Shown: positions 27,865 through 41,769, numbered from the stretch's first letter. The stretch: DNA of 64,000 nucleotides from Eledone cirrhosa (GCA_964016885.1 OZ024745.1:113522001-113586000); one strand, 5' to 3'. Notes: generated from the letters alone by a model not told the origin. Made by a program: numbers and translations.

Positions 27865-28085
27865 CTAATTGTAATACGTGACGTATTCTATTCTATAGCG
27901 ATTAGGTCTTCAAAATGTTTATTATAAACATACAGAATATTTTCGAATATTCTATGTCTATATTCACATATATATCGCTATTTCAGAGCATTTATTCCAA
28001 TTTCTAATTTCTGCCGGACCGGCAACCGCTCTTTCAAACCAGTTCCTGTACACAGCTAAGTATTCTATAAGTCTCTAGCTGTGTC

Positions 28086-28174
28086 ATTCTCGATAAAAGC
28101 ACTGGATATGTAGTCCTGATGAATTCTAACAAGAATGAAACGCGTAGATTACTTCCCTTGCTTTTATCGAGAAT
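28086..28174 (+). ncRNA. Type I hammerhead ribozyme, array + copy 2
   Basis: Same sequence as 27776-27864, offset +310. Confidence 0.9.
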
Positions 28175-28395
28175 CTAATTGTAATACGTGACGTATTCTA
28201 TTCTATAGCGATTAGGTCTTCAAAATGTTTATTATAAACATACAGAATATTTTCGAATATTCTATGTCTATATTCACATATATATCGCTATTTCAGAGCA
28301 TTTATTCCAATTTCTAATTTCTGCCGGACCGGCAACCGCTCTTTCAAACCAGTTCCTGTACACAGCTAAGTATTCTATAAGTCTCTAGCTGTGTC

Positions 28396-28484
28396 ATTCT
28401 CGATAAAAGCACTGGATATGTAGTCCTGATGAATTCTAACAAGAATGAAACGCGTAGATTACTTCCCTTGCTTTTATCGAGAAT
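28396..28484 (+). ncRNA. Type I hammerhead ribozyme, array + copy 3
   Basis: Same sequence, offset +620. Confidence 0.9.
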
Positions 28485-28705
28485 CTAATTGTAATACGTG
28501 ACGTATTCTATTCTATAGCGATTAGGTCTTCAAAATGTTTATTATAAACATACAGAATATTTTCGAATATTCTATGTCTATATTCACATATATATCGCTA
28601 TTTCAGAGCATTTATTCCAATTTCTAATTTCTGCCGGACCGGCAACCGCTCTTTCAAACCAGTTCCTGTACACAGCTAAGTATTCTATAAGTCTCTAGCT
28701 GTGTC

Positions 28706-28794
28706 ATTCTCGATAAAAGCACTGGATATGTAGTCCTGATGAATTCTAACAAGAATGAAACGCGTAGATTACTTCCCTTGCTTTTATCGAGAAT
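28706..28794 (+). ncRNA. Type I hammerhead ribozyme, array + copy 4
   Basis: Same sequence, offset +930. Confidence 0.9.
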
Positions 28795-29015
28795 CTAATT
28801 GTAATACGTGACGTATTCTATTCTATAGCGATTAGGTCTTCAAAATGTTTATTATAAACATACAGAATATTTTCGAATATTCTATGTCTATATTCACATA
28901 TATATCGCTATTTCAGAGCATTTATTCCAATTTCTAATTTCTGCCGGACCGGCAACCGCTCTTTCAAACCAGTTCCTGTACACAGCTAAGTATTCTATAA
29001 GTCTCTAGCTGTGTC

Positions 29016-29104
29016 ATTCTCGATAAAAGCACTGGATATGTAGTCCTGATGAATTCTAACAAGAATGAAACGCGTAGATTACTTCCCTTGCTTTTATCGA
29101 GAAT
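29016..29104 (+). ncRNA. Type I hammerhead ribozyme, array + copy 5
   Basis: Same sequence, offset +1240. Confidence 0.9.
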
Positions 29105-30639
29105 CTAATTGTAATACGTGACGTATTCTATTCTATAGCGATTAGGTCTTCAAAATGTTTATTATAAACATACAGAATATTTTCGAATATTCTATGTCTA
29201 TATTCACATATATATCGCTATTTCAGAGCATTTATTCCAATTTCTTATTAATAGTATTTAACGGTAGCAATGACATAGTTTAGTTCATAATAGAAATGTA
29301 TTTGAAATCACAGAATATGTTTAAGAAAACTAAAAATACATGATGAATGTTTAAGGCTGTGATCATGTCACAGCTATCTTAGTACTGTGTGAGATTGCCA
29401 GACACGTATTTATGCATTTGTATCTGTATTCAGTACCGTTACTTACTCGTTATGGAGATAAGAATAAGCTATAGTTTATATACTAGTTTGCGTATGGAAT
29501 ATCGGTTAGAGATACTCATTTACATAACATATAGTGCGAGCGTGACTGGCTTGGAATTATTGGCAGTAGCAGTAATATATCGAAGTTAATTATAGAGGTG
29601 TGTACAAAGACATTTCTGTCCGATGAAGAACACGTTTATGGCGTTCACACATGACTACTGTGATAATTGCGATATGATCACAGTTGAAAACATCCATAGC
29701 ACACTTAATGTATGTTTATAATACTTAAAAATATCGAATATACCTTCATATCGCTAGACACCCTTACAACACTGCAGGGTACTGATAGAGAGCTGCAGAG
29801 ATAAAGCAAATACACAAACGGGTTGAAGCGATGAAAGCAAATTATATGTGAAACACACACTGATCCCCACTTCACATGAGAAGACGAAGTTCGTGATGTT
29901 ATGAACAAAAAACATATCTTTGAGATCCAAGTTGTACGTTTGCACGAAGTAGATTGGCAGGGAGGTTGCATTACTAAAGACAGGCAAAAGATAGGATAGA
30001 TATATGGGTGGCTCATCGATGCTACATCATCGATGCTACATCATATAAGGCAGCAATCACCAAGAAGCGATACCTGTTTTTACATGGCCAAAATAATAGA
30101 GATATGGAGGGCGAGAGAGGTGTAGGCGATAACAGTGGGAGGTCGGCTCTTCTGTGTTCAGACCTGGTGTGCAGCATCAGTTGCCTGCAGGGGGGAAGTG
30201 ATTCATATATACACACATATATAAGTATTATATTGAACTACTGCGTATATTTGATCAATCCATTATTGCCAGAAACTTAGTTATTTTATTAAATCTATTT
30301 AAATATAAACCAAAAATGCGTTTCAATAACACGACTGGAGAGCCGCCGAGTCATCTGGTCCCGTATAAACCAAAGATTTCTCATCCATTTGTAAGTGGCT
30401 TACTTAATTTGTGTTTCATATATTTTAATGATTTTTTAAATTTAAATCACATTTATTTATTGTGTTTTATATAACGTATACAAAACAACTATTCAATTCG
30501 ATTTAATAGATTATTAGTTCTTCCAAGATGTGTGACCTGTGACTATGTTATATATCGTTATGTTATTGTTCATTTTGGCATTAACATTCAGCGTAAAAGG
30601 TAAAAAATATCGTCAGTCACGAATGACCATGTACTTTGC

Positions 30640-30926
30640 ACCTAAAAAGTTCCTATACAAGACACAAGTCTGGGAAAAGTGATTTTGTGGAAAACCAGCA
30701 GTCGGCCATGCATACCAGTCCCCCCCCCCCTCATCAAGCCACCGGTGTTGTCTAAGGGAAAGACAATGGCCGATACAGCTTGGTACGAGTGACGTCGCAA
30801 CTCATTTCTATAGCTGAGTAATGTGAAATAAAGTGTCTTGCTCAACACATCACCCCGTCCGGGAATCGAACTCACAAACTCATGATTGCAAACCCAACGC
30901 ACTAACCACTAAGCCATGCATCTTCA
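30640..30926 (-). mobile_element. tRNA-derived SINE related to 12310-12633
   Basis: - strand tggcttagtggttag A-box, gagttcgattcc B-box, gagcaagacacttta core. Confidence 0.7.
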
Positions 30927-31295
30927 GAGTAATATAATATATGGGTAAAATATCACAATGACATAAAAGTTTTAAAAGAAGGAGCTGATGGTAGTTATTT
31001 CCCTGGTATACAGTTTCTCTAATCCAAAAGTCTATTCGAACTCTGAAGATTCAAAACGTATCCATTTTAGGTGAGGCCTTAATTTATTAAAGAACCAAAA
31101 GCAGTTGATTATTGAATAAACTGATACTTGCTTAATTAATTAAATATATGTTTAAATGAGAATTTGACCAAGTTTGATAGAATATGGGATATAATAGAAA
31201 CTGCAAGTCATTTTGTCAGCCGCACTAGCAGTACTCTCATACATCAACCGCACTACTACTACTGCTGCTGTTGCTACTACTACTACTGCTACTGA

Positions 31296-31327
<32 letters not shown>

Positions 31328-31389
31328 TTTTTGCTGCTGCTTCAGTGAACATAGGTGCATGCCCAACAAATTTAGGAGTTGAAAAAGAA

Positions 31390-31807
31390 GATAAAATCAA
31401 CACCAATACTTTAGTGGTACTTTAATTTATCGATACCGAAAGTCTGAAAGGCAAAGATTAGCTCGGCATGATTTGAACTCAGAATGTAAAGAGACGAAAT
31501 ATGTATCACAAACCATCTGTCCGACTCTCTAACGATTCTACGAATCAACCAACCTCTACTACTACAACTAATAATGATTTCTAGTATAAGCACAAGGCCA
31601 GTAATTTGGGGGGAGGGGAAAGTCGATTAAATCGACCCCAGTGCATTACTGGTACTTTATTTCATCGACCCCGTAATGTTGAAAGGCAAAGTTAACATCG
31701 GCGGGATTTGAACTCAGCCTGTAAAGGACCGTAACTCTATGCTGCAAAGCATCGTGTCCGACTCTACCGCTACTGCCAATCCACCACCCGACTACTACAA
31801 CAACAAC

Positions 31808-31847
<40 letters not shown>

Positions 31848-32027
31848 TGTTTCTACTTTAGGCACAAGGCCAGCAATTATCCAGTGCATTACTGGTACTT
31901 TATTTTATCGACCCGGTAAGGATGAAAGGCAAAGTCAACCTCGGCGGGATTTAAACTCAGATCGTAAAGGGACGTAACTATGCTGGAAAGCATGGTGTCC
32001 GACCCTCTACCGATACTGCCAATCCAC
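31390..32027 (-). mobile_element. Cluster of three SINE copies
   Basis: Copies at ~31390-31550, 31575-31790, 31845-32027 separated by (ACT)n and (AAT)n. Confidence 0.8.
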
Positions 32028-32149
32028 AATAATAATATCGATAATCACATAATCGCAACAGAATAATATAGATTATTTTTACTATTTCCGCCGTGAAAAG
32101 ACCGCGTGCTGGTAAGATTTTGAAATAGACTTAATATTATCATATTATA

Positions 32150-32256
32150 AAATGTTGTTGATGGTATTTATGATGATGAGGTCGACGACGAAAATGATGA
32201 TGATGTCGATGATGATGATGATTACGATGATGATGATGATGACGATAATGAAGATG

Positions 32257-32287
<31 letters not shown>

Positions 32288-32335
32288 TGTTGATGACGAT
32301 GATGAGGATGACGACGATGATGATGATGATGGTGG

Positions 32336-32387
<52 letters not shown>

Positions 32388-32412
32388 AATAGTGGTGGTG
32401 ATGGTGGTGGTT
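32150..32412. repeat. (GAT)n-type trinucleotide microsatellite
   Basis: Read directly; source of the poly-H/M/I/S ORFs. Confidence 0.95.
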
Positions 32413-32576
32413 TTGAAAAACAACACATTTTCTTACACGCTGTCTCTTAGCAATAAATCGAGAGAAATTCATCTTCCGCAATTTGGATTTCATTAATCAT
32501 CTGAAGTGTTTTGATTTGTAATAAAATAATGTGAAACACTAGTAACAATAGTGAAAATTATTGTTTATGGATATAG

Positions 32577-32628
<52 letters not shown>

Positions 32629-33604
32629 CTATTGATTTGGAGTTGTCAGAATTATTAATTTTCGTATAGCAAACATACTATAACATCATCACCAGCCTTC
32701 CCCACTTAGCTACGCCTTTCTTACTCTCAATCATTGTTCTAACAATAAAAAAGATGAGCTCCATCTACGTTTAACATTACGTAGGTTATACTGTGAACCA
32801 AATCTTCAAACACATTCATTTCATAGAAGAATATTTCGGCGCCGCTCTACTCTCTAGAGAGGAACTATTTATTTCCATGTCTTTCATCAGGATTCCACCC
32901 ATCTGTTAAATGCAACACTCCTATATTTCCGCAACCTCACTCATCTCTGTTATTGTTGATAGTCTCTACATCTGCTCATTGTGTAAATACTACCTCAGAT
33001 TTCTACATTTGTATCCATTCTCTCATTCTACTCGGACTAAAAGTGCAATGCCATCTCCAGGACTAGAATTATTTCATGTAGAAGACATTTCTACATATAA
33101 CATATATGCTTATTCTCTACTAACGTATTGAGTACCTTAATTATATATATATATATAAGTTGTGTGTGTGTATGTGTGTGTGAGAGAGTATGTGTGTGTG
33201 TGTGTGTGTGTGTTTATGAAGACGTATACATAGAGATACTATGAAAATATTAAGTGTTATAGATTTTTAATATAGTTGCAAATATTCCTCAATTCAAAAC
33301 TTTAGATAATTTCTGAAAAAAATGACATGAACTTTATACAAGCAAAATATTCTTTCAAAACGCTTATTTTAACAGCAAACTAAAATCAATTCGAATTTTT
33401 GCTTGGAGCAAAATGAATACTTTACAGACAAAAAGTAGCTATTGGATAATTCAAGCAAAAGAGAAAGATGAATAGTGACAGTTATTAAATTCAAGAAAAA
33501 AATACACATTCTTTCACTTTTTAATTGGGAAATATTCATCTGTGAATTTGAGTATTGTTAAAAATCGCATCAGCAATTTATCATTAGCTATTTAAATATT
33601 CATG

Positions 33605-33671
<67 letters not shown>

Positions 33672-33784
33672 AGAAGTACATACATGTATTGGCGCTAGCA
33701 TACTTCAGGGTTACATTATGGCAGTGGTTCGTCCCTTGCCATATAACAATATATATATATATATATAACAATATATATATATAT

Positions 33785-33854
<70 letters not shown>

Positions 33855-33889
33855 GATAGATATATAAATAGATAAATAGATACATACAT

Positions 33890-34370
33890 ACATGGTGGCT
33901 GCCAACTCGTTTTCGAGTACGGCCACTACTTTATATCCATGTAGGAGAACTCCTACTGACACGCTGAACGAGTGTGACTTTTTAGTCCAGCCAGCGACTT
34001 GAAAACTCTGGTACAAACACTACACCTGTAACAATTATTGACACATAGTGCTGGGCCCATGGTACCATGTGACGACAAGTGCAGAGAGATCTCCAGATAT
34101 AAAGCAATGCCTGTGCCGTGAAGCTTTTATAGTGAGCAAAGGCACTGCACAAAGCCAGTCCCACTCTCTTAACCAAGATGATATTTACCAAAAAGAAGAA
34201 CAATTCAACATCATTGGATACCATCAGGGTTGCAGGTGTTATATCAGCGTTTTCCTTCTCCTAGAATTCTGCCTTGACAAAGGCTAAGGGGTCTCTCTCC
34301 CGGTGATTTTGGATGGCCATTGACTCTTAAGAGCTCCTTTGCCCTTTGACATGTGTTGTTTTTAGTCCTG
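33890..34370 (-). mobile_element. Copy of the (ATGT)n-associated repeat
   Basis: Reverse complement of ~19637-20115 with small indels; (CATA)n on both sides. Confidence 0.75.
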
Positions 34371-35947
34371 CATACATACATACATACATACATACATACA
34401 TACATACATACATACATACATACATACATACATACATACATACATACATAGAAGCGTGGTGGATTGGTACAATTTTTAGAGCCAGATATTTCTCTGTATG
34501 CAAATGAGCTTCATCAGCCAATGTTCATAAGCATAAAATCTGTAAGAACTTAGCTTATTTCGTGTCATCAGGGTGCTTTCCCTTTTTTGTTAAGAATTGC
34601 AGTGGTATACCCACAGCTTTTTAAAATGTATAGCAAGGTTACAGGGGTGTTTATTTATTTGAACTTTTTGCATATGATTCGTTTATGATTCAATTTACAG
34701 CACGGTCAGTCATATGTGTGCGTATGTGTGTTTGTGTGTGTGTGTGTGTGTATGTGTGTATGTGTGTGTGTGTGTGTGTGTGTGTAGTGTGCGTGTGAGT
34801 GAGTGAGTCTGTGTGTTTGGGTGGATAGAAATGTAATTTGGATCTATCGTCGTCACATTTGCACGAAAGTACCACAACTGAATATATCTCAAGTTCATTA
34901 ATAATTTTAGTAATTTGGACACGTATTTCGATACATTACATAAAATAATATCTATTGACAGGCCTATGAAGTCTAGATTATTAGACAAACGATTTCTTCA
35001 CACTGTCAGGGAATATATTAAATGCATCTCTTCAAAGAAAGTGCAATAATAATTATTTTTGCGATCGGGAAAAATAAATATATATGCGTGTACGTATCTA
35101 CTGGTATCCATAGGAAACTGACCAATCGGTGTTAAAGGGTTAATGGTATGGCTTCGGTGCTGACAGTCAGCCAATCATCAATGACCGTTTATAATTTATT
35201 TTTAGGAATGACTATATATATGTTCAATTATTTTGTCCACTGTTCATGACTGATTGAGACATGTTAATGGGAGACAAGCCAATATTGCTAAGAAGCTTAA
35301 AGAGGAGAGAGAGTGAGACGCAAAGAAAAGCTGATATCGGTTGGTAATTTAGATGTCTTTGATCAAAGCCATTTGTATTCTTCGGTATGTCTCCGAGAGG
35401 TACGAGAATTTTCTGCTGGCCTTTGATGTGTCTGAGTTAAATTCCTAAGGAAGGACTACAATTTATAGCAGTGACACGGTAGAAATGATAGCTATAGATA
35501 AATGGAATGTAACGTGATGTTTTGGTGTAAGACAATGTTTGTACGTTATATTTGTTGTATATTTGTCGAAATATGTAGAGGCATATATTGTGGGAAATCT
35601 ATATTTCTGTGGTAATATTATATCATATGTATTGTTACTACTTTGTCAATTCGTATGTTTGAGTTTGTGAATACAAGCAAAGTGTGAGTAATGTATACTA
35701 TATTAAAACATTATGATTGCTCTCTGTTGCCAATCTGAGTTTCACATCTTCTCGCTGATCATACAACCGATATTGGAGAAACATTATGTGTATCTTCAAT
35801 GAAGTGAAACTAGAAAGAATTGTCTGCATTGTAAAGTTTAAATTGAAGATTTAAAAACATTGTCAGTTGTACCTATGTTGTAATATTAACCAGCCACATT
35901 ATATTTGTCATACTTACTGTAAGTGTGTGTGTGTGTGTGTGTGTGAA

Positions 35948-36007
<60 letters not shown>

Positions 36008-39000
36008 TTTATGTATATATATATAATATATAGTATATATATATAATATATATATAATATATATAATATATATAATATATATATAATATATAGTATATAT
36101 ATATAATAATGATAATAATATGTATATGTATATGTATATGTATAAAAAAATAAATAAATAAATAAATATATATATTAAATCAATATTTTCCTCATTCTAT
36201 TTTTTGCAATTTACTATACCACATTTTCCCGATTTTGTTTCTTTCCCTTCTCTTTTATTCTTGATTTTTCATTCTTTTTATTCTTATATACAATTAAATG
36301 TAATTTTCCATTACTCATATGTACATACATTTCATATTAATACAAAACTCCATCTCAGTCGAACAACCATTCATGTCTACATATTTTCAATTTTCTTTTT
36401 GCTACATTTCAACGGGAATCCTATGTATAAATACATATGCATTGTTAACGCAGCGCTAATAGCGGATGAACCGAAAGGGGAAATATTGAAGTCGTAGTAG
36501 TGAAATGTCAGCTGCAATCAGACATTTACATGTACACACATAGACATACATATCCATAGATATATATTTGTGTCTGTATTTATGTATGTACCAACAATGG
36601 CCAGACGCAAAAATAACTCGAGACAGCAATTTGAAAGATATATATTCAACATATGAAAAAACAATCGATACGTATACTAAGATAAAATTTTGTGTCATAA
36701 GATTACATATGAAATTATATACATGTTAATATATAAAAAAAAACGTACAAGAACTTAGCAATGAATGTTAAAAGGCTGTTATCAATTCATAACTATCTTA
36801 GTAGCGGAACGAATAACACGTAGCATATTATAACACATTCTGCGCCTAGTTGTCATATTGTGGTGTCCAAATCTAGAAAAAGCTAGCGAAAGTGAGAACA
36901 ACTACAATATGAGTTCATTCAAATTTTAGGGAAATATTTCAAAAAGGGCTGTAATATGTGGATCTGTTTTAATTTTGGTGAAAGCAACCGTCATTTCTTG
37001 ACATTGTTAGATCTACCAGATGAATTACCATCACAATATTGAAATATATCTGTTGCATTCACTAAACTGGTTCTAAGACAGGTTCCTCTGGCACCTGCAG
37101 TATTTATTTGCTTTCTACCCAATTTGGTTCAAATAATATTGTAAAAGTTCTCTTTTTGTGCGCATTTTCTATCGGATCGAATGCTTTGTGGTGTTCGTCT
37201 CGGCACTCTGCGCTCTGAGTTCAAATTCCACCAAGATCAACTTTGAATTTCATCCTTTCGAGGCCAACAAAGAAGTAAAAGTCCAGTACTGGTGGCAATT
37301 CTTCTTCTTCTTCTTCTTCTTCTTCTTCTTCTTCTTCTCCTCTCTCTCTCTCTCTCCTTCTCTCTCTCTTCATATATATATATATATATATATATAAACA
37401 TATCCTTCTGTAGACGAAATCGATTGTGTTCAGGTCTGGGGTAGGGATCGGTTCCATAAGGTTTCAAAAAGTGCCCAAGAAAAGCCGTTTATCCCAAGCT
37501 GCTCCTACGACTCAATACATACATATGTAGAGTATTCATATGAGAGAAATTGCATATATGAGCATGCGTCTAATGCATGGGCATAGCAGTGTACTATTCA
37601 CTGGATACTGGACGGGGTGAATATTTTAGATAGAATTTAGATGAATAACAGAAATGCTGAAAGAAGCAAAGAAAATGTTAGAGAAAGACAGAAAAGTCAA
37701 CACTTATTTTCGCTTTTCTCAATTTTATTTTTTTACATTGACAGTTCAAATCAACTGAGGTCAACTTCAGCCGTCTTTCAGAGGTTATACATTATTAGTT
37801 TTAATACCGAATACGAGACAGATGTTGGAAGAGAGGATCATGAATAACAAAGATCTTAAACTATAAGCGGTTGTTAAATTATATCATGTGGTGAATGATA
37901 GTTTTTATCGATGTTTAGTACATATAAAAACATTAATGTGACTAAAAATGTATAAATTAATCAGTATATAGATTGTGTTCATAATCAGATATTTATGATA
38001 ACATATATATATAAGAATGTTATTCAAGCCCATAGTAAGAAGTCTGTTTGTTAATAAATAAAATCATTTGCTTTGTTTTTTCTACGAACTACACAGATAG
38101 TGAGTATAAAGGACAGAACTATATTATCGGTATTTATTATATTCTAGTTGTGTGTTAGTACTGAAAGTCAATATAATAGATATCACCACGTTATGCAATA
38201 AAATGACCCCTGGCACCAAAATGGTCCCTAAAATGTCTAACCAAATCCCTCAAATAACACACCCCTAACGTATTAACAATTCCATATTCCGTATTATCTT
38301 AAAGAGTTAACAGTTCGGAATAACCGAGGGACAATGTCTTCAGACAGTGTATGTGAATCGCTAAGGACACCTTGAGAATATCTTTAGACACTCTTCTCTT
38401 TACGTTGCTTCTCCACTTAGTCCCTAGCTATTCTAATGGTTTTCACACATAAAACAAATCTTTTAATACTTCAGTTAACCTATAAAAGAATTGGTTGGTA
38501 TCCCAATATAATAGAGTTGTCAACGACAATATAAAAAAAGGTGAAGATATTACATACCGCTCACTTCGTCCTTAGACTCGATAGCAGTGAAGCTAAACCG
38601 TTAGTTTCGAATTATTATTATTATTGAGTCAAAATTTTGTTCAACAATAAACTTTTCGTTTTCATCTTCCTTTGATATGATTTTATAAATAATAAAATAT
38701 TATATTAAACACATTAAAGTTTTCTATGAAGAAACTTCGTTCATAAGCACTTTAATTCTGTTAAAAAATTATTATTAACTCTGTAGTATTATGATGTCAA
38801 AGGTGACTCTAACAAAAATAGTAAATTTATATATATATTTTTTCAACTATCATAAATTAATGGAAAAATAATATTAAAACCTAAAATATTAAAACCTATT
38901 TAAAAAATTCAAGCTTTAAATAAAATGCAAATTTTTATATTTATACTAGAACGTTACCCGCCATATGTAGAGTTTTGAATTAATAGGTAACAACAGATTA

Positions 39001-40054
39001 GAAATGTAAAATGTTATTTTAATTCTTTTTAGATTGTATGGTGCATACATAAATTAATAAAATGAATAACACTTTTGAGGATAAACATATCGATCTTTCG
39101 TGGGTGGTGCGGAATGTAAAAAAAAAAAAAAAAAAATTAGCATTTCCTTCCAAGGCAACCTTCGGTCATCTTCGGTGAAAGTATTCGCCGGTGAAATTAA
39201 GAGTTCCGATTATCTTCGTAATTCTTCGCTGTTAACCATAACTTGCATTTTTGTTGAGTCAAACGTTATGTTGACCCACAGACAGTAGAAACTCGTGGAA
39301 CAGAGTGAAACAAAAATATCGTGCGATACACGAGACATCGAAAACTGCTTCCAATGTCTCTGAAGTTCACAGTTGTATTAATAAGTGTTTCTACTTTTTG
39401 CACAAGGCCAGCAATTACCCAGTGTATTACTGGTACTTTATTTTATCGACCTCGTAAGGTTGAAAGGCAAAGTTAACCTCGGCGCGATTTGAATGTATTA
39501 ATAACATTACAAATTGTTTATAATTCTTACCGAATGAAAATCTAAACACAGATTATAAATACAATTAATTATTGCTTGGACCTTTACAAATATAATACAC
39601 ACAATTATATGGGCAAAGCGAGAGAAAAAGATAGTGAAAGGAGAAAAAATAAAATAACCATCAATTCACCGCCAAAGGCGATAAACGGCCGAACAGCAAA
39701 AGGGTGAGTGTAACTTAAGGAGTTAAAACGATTGATAACATCGATCTTACTAAAATACTACAAATATGATCATTATCAGCGGAAATATTCTTGCAATTTT
39801 GTCCGAGGGGTGCAGCCCAAACACCACCCACCATAACTCAGTGCCCCCCCCCCCCTCGCCTCCTTTTTTCTGTGGTCCTAGAGTCTTTCCTTTCCTCTCA
39901 TTTATGGCTTTTATAATCCTTTCCTCTACTTTCCCACGCAGCCAGATCTGCCCTTCTTTACCCCTTCCCCATTTTCTCATTACGTAATTAGGTTTTCATC
40001 TTTCAAAAAATAGGAAAAGTATCGTACATCTAAATGGGCAGCTAGTAGTTCCCC

Positions 40055-41480
40055 ATGAAACATACTTCAGGTGGTCGAAGTTGTCGACTGAAGAAGGCCA
40101 CTGACCATTGATGAATTGTTCCAAAACACCTTCAATGGTTGTATCAGAGGCATCTACTGTGAGGATGGGAATGCAGGGTTGCTTTAACTAAAGCTTCTTT
40201 TGTGGATTCAAAGGCTGAGGTCCCATTCCACCTGTTTTTTTTTTTACTTTTTCCTGATAATGCTTTCTACAGTGGTCTTATTAATTTTACTGCAGATAGG
40301 ATTTTCCACAAATTGATACAGAGCCTTACTTGTACTGGTATGTGGAAAGATAAGATAATTTTCACTTTTTCTTGTATGGGTGTAGGCCCAGTACCTTTAA
40401 TTCAATGTCTAAGAGAACCAATTTCTTTAATATCAAAGACATACTTGGTTCGAGTTGACTGCCAAACCGTATTGTTCAAGCCTATAAAAAAGAGCCATGT
40501 ACTTCTTGTGTAGTTCTACACTTTGTCTTGTAATAAGTATATCGTCCTGTAATACAAAACAAAGTTTAGACCCTGGTACATTGTGTCCATCAAGTGTTGA
40601 ATGGAATGAAAGGAATGTGCAGTGTTTTTTTAACTCAAAAGGGCTATGTAGAAAATGATAGAGTCTAGGGATATTATCATCTCCAACTCATCTTAGTCGC
40701 TTCGACCACAAACGCTAGTACCGCGGCCTGCCATGCAATGGAAAGGAAGATAAGCAAATACTGGGTATTTTCCGGCCGCTTACTCTTCGCACCGGTCGCC
40801 ATTGAGACTTCAGGCGTATTTGGACCCCGTACTGCCGAGCTCCTCCACAAGATCGGAACGTCGGTGGCCCGTCTGAGGAAGAAGCCCCTTGAGGTGGGTG
40901 TCTGTTGAAGCGGGTGTCGCTGGCCAGCGGTCTTGTCCGCTGGGCGCAACCTCATTACCTCCACGCTCTAGGCCCAGAGCCCAATCACCCTCACCCCTCC
41001 TCCTTCTTCTGTGACACTAGAGCCCTTGTCATATCTTTCTTTTTCCGTTTTTTTTTTATATTTTCTTATTTTACATTCCATTCTTTCTTTTCAATCTAAA
41101 TTTTCTTTTTTCTTTTTGTATTACATTGTATTTACATGTTATCATCTAGTACAGGCAATTGATGATAATCTCGGTTGAGGTAGCTTTTGGTGAAAATCGA
41201 GCACCCTGCTAACTGAATCGAGAAGCCTTGTATATGCAAAATGGAGTAGCAGTAGGGTGAGGTACTTTTGTTAAGACGGCGATAATCCCTGCTGGATCTC
41301 CAAGCTCTATTGGGTTTTGGCGCTTCGTGTAGAGGTGAAGACCTGGGACGGTTTGATCGATGAACGATGCCCAAAGCTTCCATATTGTCAAATTTGACTT
41401 TCACAATAGCAAATTTGTCTGGTGGTAGACGACATATACGGTTGTATACTGGAGAACTGGTGGTTGGAATGTGGTTGGAA
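40055..41480 (-). mobile_element. Ty3/Gypsy pol fragment (RT-RNase H), split by a CRE-like insertion
   Basis: 41147-41480: RLPPDKFAIVKVKFDNMEALGIVHRS..SSPLH..DYRRLNK..YHQLPV. 40055-40680: DDILIT..RLEQYGL..TVDASD..GVLEQ..AFFSRQLRP. Confidence 0.85.
40683..41138 (+). mobile_element. CRE-like (restriction-like endonuclease) non-LTR 3' fragment inserted in the Gypsy RT
   Basis: AACHAMERKISKY..FAPVAIETSGVFGPRTAELLHKIG..LLKRVSLA, then a T-rich 3' UTR; 9-bp direct repeat ttatcatct at 40674-40682 and 41139-41147. Confidence 0.7.
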
Positions 41481-41769
41481 TGTAGATAAGAATCTCGCTG
41501 ACGCGTATGAGTGTGCACATACATACTTTTATATGTATGAGTATATAACTATTATGAGTATATAACTATAATCGCGCAAACACAAACTTATAAAAATACA
41601 CTCTCACGGACATAATTCACACAAATACACATACATTCACACATACTTTCGCACAAACATACATACATTTACACAAACACACATATACAGACATGATAGC
41701 AGCGTTCGGTGAAATGTTAAACAAGTATAGCGTTTTATTTATTTATTAACTCTTTATTTATTTATTAAC

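Larger units (their letters stand above)
27112..29244. mobile_element. Retrozyme-like tandem array of a 310-bp hammerhead-containing monomer: about 1.86 copies on the - strand (27112-27687) and 5.02 copies on the + strand (27688-29244)
   Basis: Period of 310 read directly: ctgccggacc at 27701, 28011, 28321, 28631, 28941 and tgaatataga at 27111, 27421. Inversion junction at 27687/27688. Flanked by direct repeat ttattaatagt at 27101-27111 and 29245-29255. No ORF >=60 aa in the track. Confidence 0.9.

Noticed and set aside
27112-29244. CRISPR array or ordinary satellite DNA
   Set aside because: Units are fully repeated with no unique spacers and no cas genes. The TSD, inversion and ribozyme favour a retro-insertion.
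30316-30396. Possible upstream ABHD8 exon (ATG..CCATTT|gtaagt)
   Set aside because: Good donor, but splicing to 45816 hits a stop after 6 codons. It could be a UTR exon, which cannot be supported without transcripts.
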